Below are positions 25,738 to 28,025 of a stretch of DNA of 28,025 nucleotides, one piece after another (within the stretch, counting starts at the first letter, position 1; each line of letters opens with the position of its first letter). The notes beneath the pieces were generated by a model, which was not told the origin of the DNA, did no database searches, and worked only from the letters and a program-made list of their open reading frames with translations. The position numbers and the translations under genes were made by a program. Source of the DNA: Alphaproteobacteria bacterium (GTDB taxonomy: Bacteria; Pseudomonadota; Alphaproteobacteria; UBA6615); the NCBI GenBank assembly GCA_036445355.1, contig JAZFQY010000151.1, positions 1-28,025 of the forward strand. Reading direction: 5' to 3'.

Positions 25738-26565
25738 ATGGAGCGCCCACCCTTCGCGCTGCCCGAATTCGAGCCCGGCTGGGTGTGGCTGGTTGGCGCC
25801 GGGCCGGGCGACCCGGGCCTTCTCACCGTCCTCGCCCTGCACGCACTCGGGAACGCCGAAGCCGTGATCCATGATGCATTGGTGGACACGCGGATCCTGG
25901 AGCTCGCGCGCGGCGAGGCCGAAATGATCTTCGCCGGCAAACGCGGCGGCAAGCCCTCGCCCACCCAGCCGGACATCTCGGCGCGACTGGTGCGACTGGC
26001 GCGGGCGGGTCGGCGGGTGCTGCGCCTCAAGGGCGGCGATCCCTTCGTCTTCGGCCGCGGCGGCGAGGAGGCCCTGGCCTTGGCGGCGGCGCGGGTGCCG
26101 TTTCGCGTCGTCCCCGGCATCACCGCCGGCACCGGCGGCCTCGCCTATGCCGGCATCCCGGTCACCCACCGCGCCCTCAATTCCGCTGTCACTTTCCTCA
26201 CCGGCCACACCGCCGGCACCGGCGACGACCTCGACTGGGAAGCGATCGCCAGGGGATCGCCGGTGATCGTCGTCTACATGGCGCTGAAGCATTTGGGCGC
26301 GATCGCGGCGCGGCTGATGGCAAACGGCCGCGACGGGGCGGAGCCGGCGGCGATCGTCGCCGGCGCCGCGACGCCTCGCCAGCGCGTGGTGGAGACCACA
26401 TTGGGCGACGCCGCCGCGGCGGCCCGCAGGCACGCCATCGAACCCCCGGCTTTGGTGGTGATCGGCGAGGTGGTGCGCCTGCGTGCCGGCCTCGACTGGC
26501 TGGGGGCCCTGGCCGGCCGCGAGCTAGACCCCGACCCGCTCGGCCGCGACCGGGCGACGGGGTGA
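25738..26565 (+). CDS. cobA: Uroporphyrinogen-III C-methyltransferase (SUMT)
   Basis: WLVGAGPGDPGLLT, HDALV, GKRGGKPS, RLKGGDPFVFGRGGEE, PGITAG, GIPVTHR, TFLTGH. Confidence 0.96.
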   Translation: MERPPFALPEFEPGWVWLVGAGPGDPGLLTVLALHALGNAEAVIHDALVDTRILELARGEAEMIFAGKRGGKPSPTQPDISARLVRLARAGRRVLRLKGGDPFVFGRGGEEALALAAARVPFRVVPGITAGTGGLAYAGIPVTHRALNSAVTFLTGHTAGTGDDLDWEAIARGSPVIVVYMALKHLGAIAARLMANGRDGAEPAAIVAGAATPRQRVVETTLGDAAAAARRHAIEPPALVVIGEVVRLRAGLDWLGALAGRELDPDPLGRDRATG

Positions 26566-26572
26566 GCGACCC

Positions 26573-27012
26573 ATGACCTTCGACTGGCTGACCCTGCGCC
26601 TGCTGGCACTGGTGGCGACGGCGCTGATGGCCGGCGGCATGGTCTTCTTCAGCTTCATCTTCGCGCCGCTGGTGTTCGCCAAGCTGCCGCAACCGGAAGC
26701 CGGGCGCTTCATCCGCGAGGTGTTTCCCGTCTACCACCTGGCGGTCGGCGTCGCCGGGATCGTCGCGCTGGCGGCGTTGGCGGCATCGCCGTCACGCCAT
26801 GCGTCGAGTTCATCGTCATCACGGCGGTGGCCGTCGCGGCCATTTTGGCCCGCCGGGTGATGCTGCCGCGCGCGGGTGCCCTGCGCGACCGCGCAGAGGC
26901 CGGCGACGACGCCGCCAAGGCGCGCTTCCGCCGCCTGCACGGCGCCAGCACCGTGCTCAACCTGGCCCAACTCGCCGCCGTGCTGTTCGTGCTCGTCCGT
27001 CTCGGCGCCTGA
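26573..27012 (+). pseudogene. DUF4149/TMEM205-like small membrane protein interrupted by a frameshift near 26775-26805
   Basis: Frame 1 gives MTFDWLTLRLLALV...FFSFIFAPLVFAKLP...AGRFIREVFPVYH. The second frame continues VEFIVITAVAVAAILARRVMLP...RFRRLHGASTVLNLAQL*. Joined, they give about 146 aa with 4 helices. Confidence 0.75.
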
Positions 27013-27018
27013 GCCGCC

Positions 27019-28025
27019 GTGGCCCCCGCCCCCGGCCTGATCATTGCCGCGCCGGCCTCGGGCGCGGGCAAGACCACCCTCACCCTGGCGCTGCTGCGCC
27101 ACTTCGCGCGCGCCGGTGTCGCGGTCGCCGCCGCCAAGGCGGGGCCGGACTACATCGACCCGCCCTTCCACGCCGCCGCCTGCGGCCGCGGCTGCGTCAA
27201 TCTCGACCCTTGGGCCATGCGACACGAGACCCTGGCGGCGCTGGTGGCCGAGGCGTCCGAGGGCGCCGAGCTGGTGCTGTGCGAGGGTGTCATGGGCCTG
27301 TTCGACGGCGCACTCGCCGACGGGCGGGCCGATGCCGGCTCCACCGCCGACCTGGCGGCGATCACCGGCTGGCCGGTGGTGCTGGTGGTCGACGTTCGCG
27401 GCCAGGGGGCGAGCGCGGCGGCCCTCGTGCATGGCTTCGCCCGCCACCGGGCGGAGGTGCGCGTCGCCGGCGTCGTCTTCAACCGCATCGGCGGCGAGCG
27501 CCACGCTTCCATGCTGGCGGCGGCGATGGCGGCGGCGCTGCCCGAGTTGCCGTTATTGGGCCTGGTGCCGCGCCAGCCGGCGCTCGCCCTGCCCGAGCGG
27601 CATCTGGGGCTGGTGCAGGCCGGCGAACACCGGGAGCTCGACCAGTTTCTCGACCGGGCGGCCGAGCTCATCGCCGCCCATGTGGAGACGGAGCGTCTGC
27701 GCGCCCTCGCCGGGCCGCCGGCGGCCGCGGACGGCGTCGGGCCCCCGGTGCCCCTGGCGCCCCTGGGCCAGCGCATCGCCGTCGCCAGCGACGCGGCCTT
27801 CGCCTTCACCTACGCCTCGGTGCTGCGCGGCTGGCGACGCGCCGGCGCCGAGCTCGACTTCTTCTCGCCCCTCGCCGACGAGGCGCCGCCGGCGCACGCC
27901 GACGCCGTCTACCTGCCCGGCGGTTATCCCGAATTGCATGCCGGCAGGCTGGCGGCGAATATGCGCTTCCGCGACGGGCTCCGCGCCGCGGTGGCGCGGG
28001 GCGCGGCGGTCTATGGCGAGTGCGG
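27019..28025 (+). CDS. cobB: Cobyrinate/hydrogenobyrinate a,c-diamide synthase, runs off the window
   Basis: My translation from GTG 27019: PGLIIAAPASGAGKTT, KAGPDYIDP, NLDPW, EGVMGLFDG, FNRIG, LPERHLGLVQA, DAAFAFTY, YLPGGYPELH. Confidence 0.95.
   Translation, partial: MAPAPGLIIAAPASGAGKTTLTLALLRHFARAGVAVAAAKAGPDYIDPPFHAAACGRGCVNLDPWAMRHETLAALVAEASEGAELVLCEGVMGLFDGALADGRADAGSTADLAAITGWPVVLVVDVRGQGASAAALVHGFARHRAEVRVAGVVFNRIGGERHASMLAAAMAAALPELPLLGLVPRQPALALPERHLGLVQAGEHRELDQFLDRAAELIAAHVETERLRALAGPPAAADGVGPPVPLAPLGQRIAVASDAAFAFTYASVLRGWRRAGAELDFFSPLADEAPPAHADAVYLPGGYPELHAGRLAANMRFRDGLRAAVARGAAVYGEC

Overview
High-GC (roughly 70%) alphaproteobacterial DNA, probably Rhodospirillales-like (inference). 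It is dominated by a ~24 kb cobalamin biosynthesis cluster: cobT / cobS-cobC / B12 riboswitch-cobU-cobW-cobN-cobO-(SYLF)-cobQ / cobD / cbiX-cobH-cobL-(four-helix bundle)-cobI-cbiG:cobJ-cobM / (ankyrin)-cobK-cbiD / cobA-(DUF4149-like)-cobB. To its left are a partial hldE, a degenerate EAL-domain gene, a 3' remnant of regA/actR and an ABC-2 exporter pair. The most unusual structure is a lower-GC four-helix-bundle (23S-IVS-protein/Avd-like) gene between cobL and cobI. It is bracketed by two inverted, in-register heptamer arrays that contain the cobL stop codon and the cobI start codon, i.e. an intervening-sequence-like element in an mRNA. A family of (T)AGAGC...GCTCT(A) palindromic/MITE-like elements has also rewritten gene ends (cobU, cobM, ankyrin gene). 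No transposase, integrase, reverse transcriptase, tRNA, rRNA or CRISPR array was seen. Family assignments come from motif recognition by eye, not database searches.
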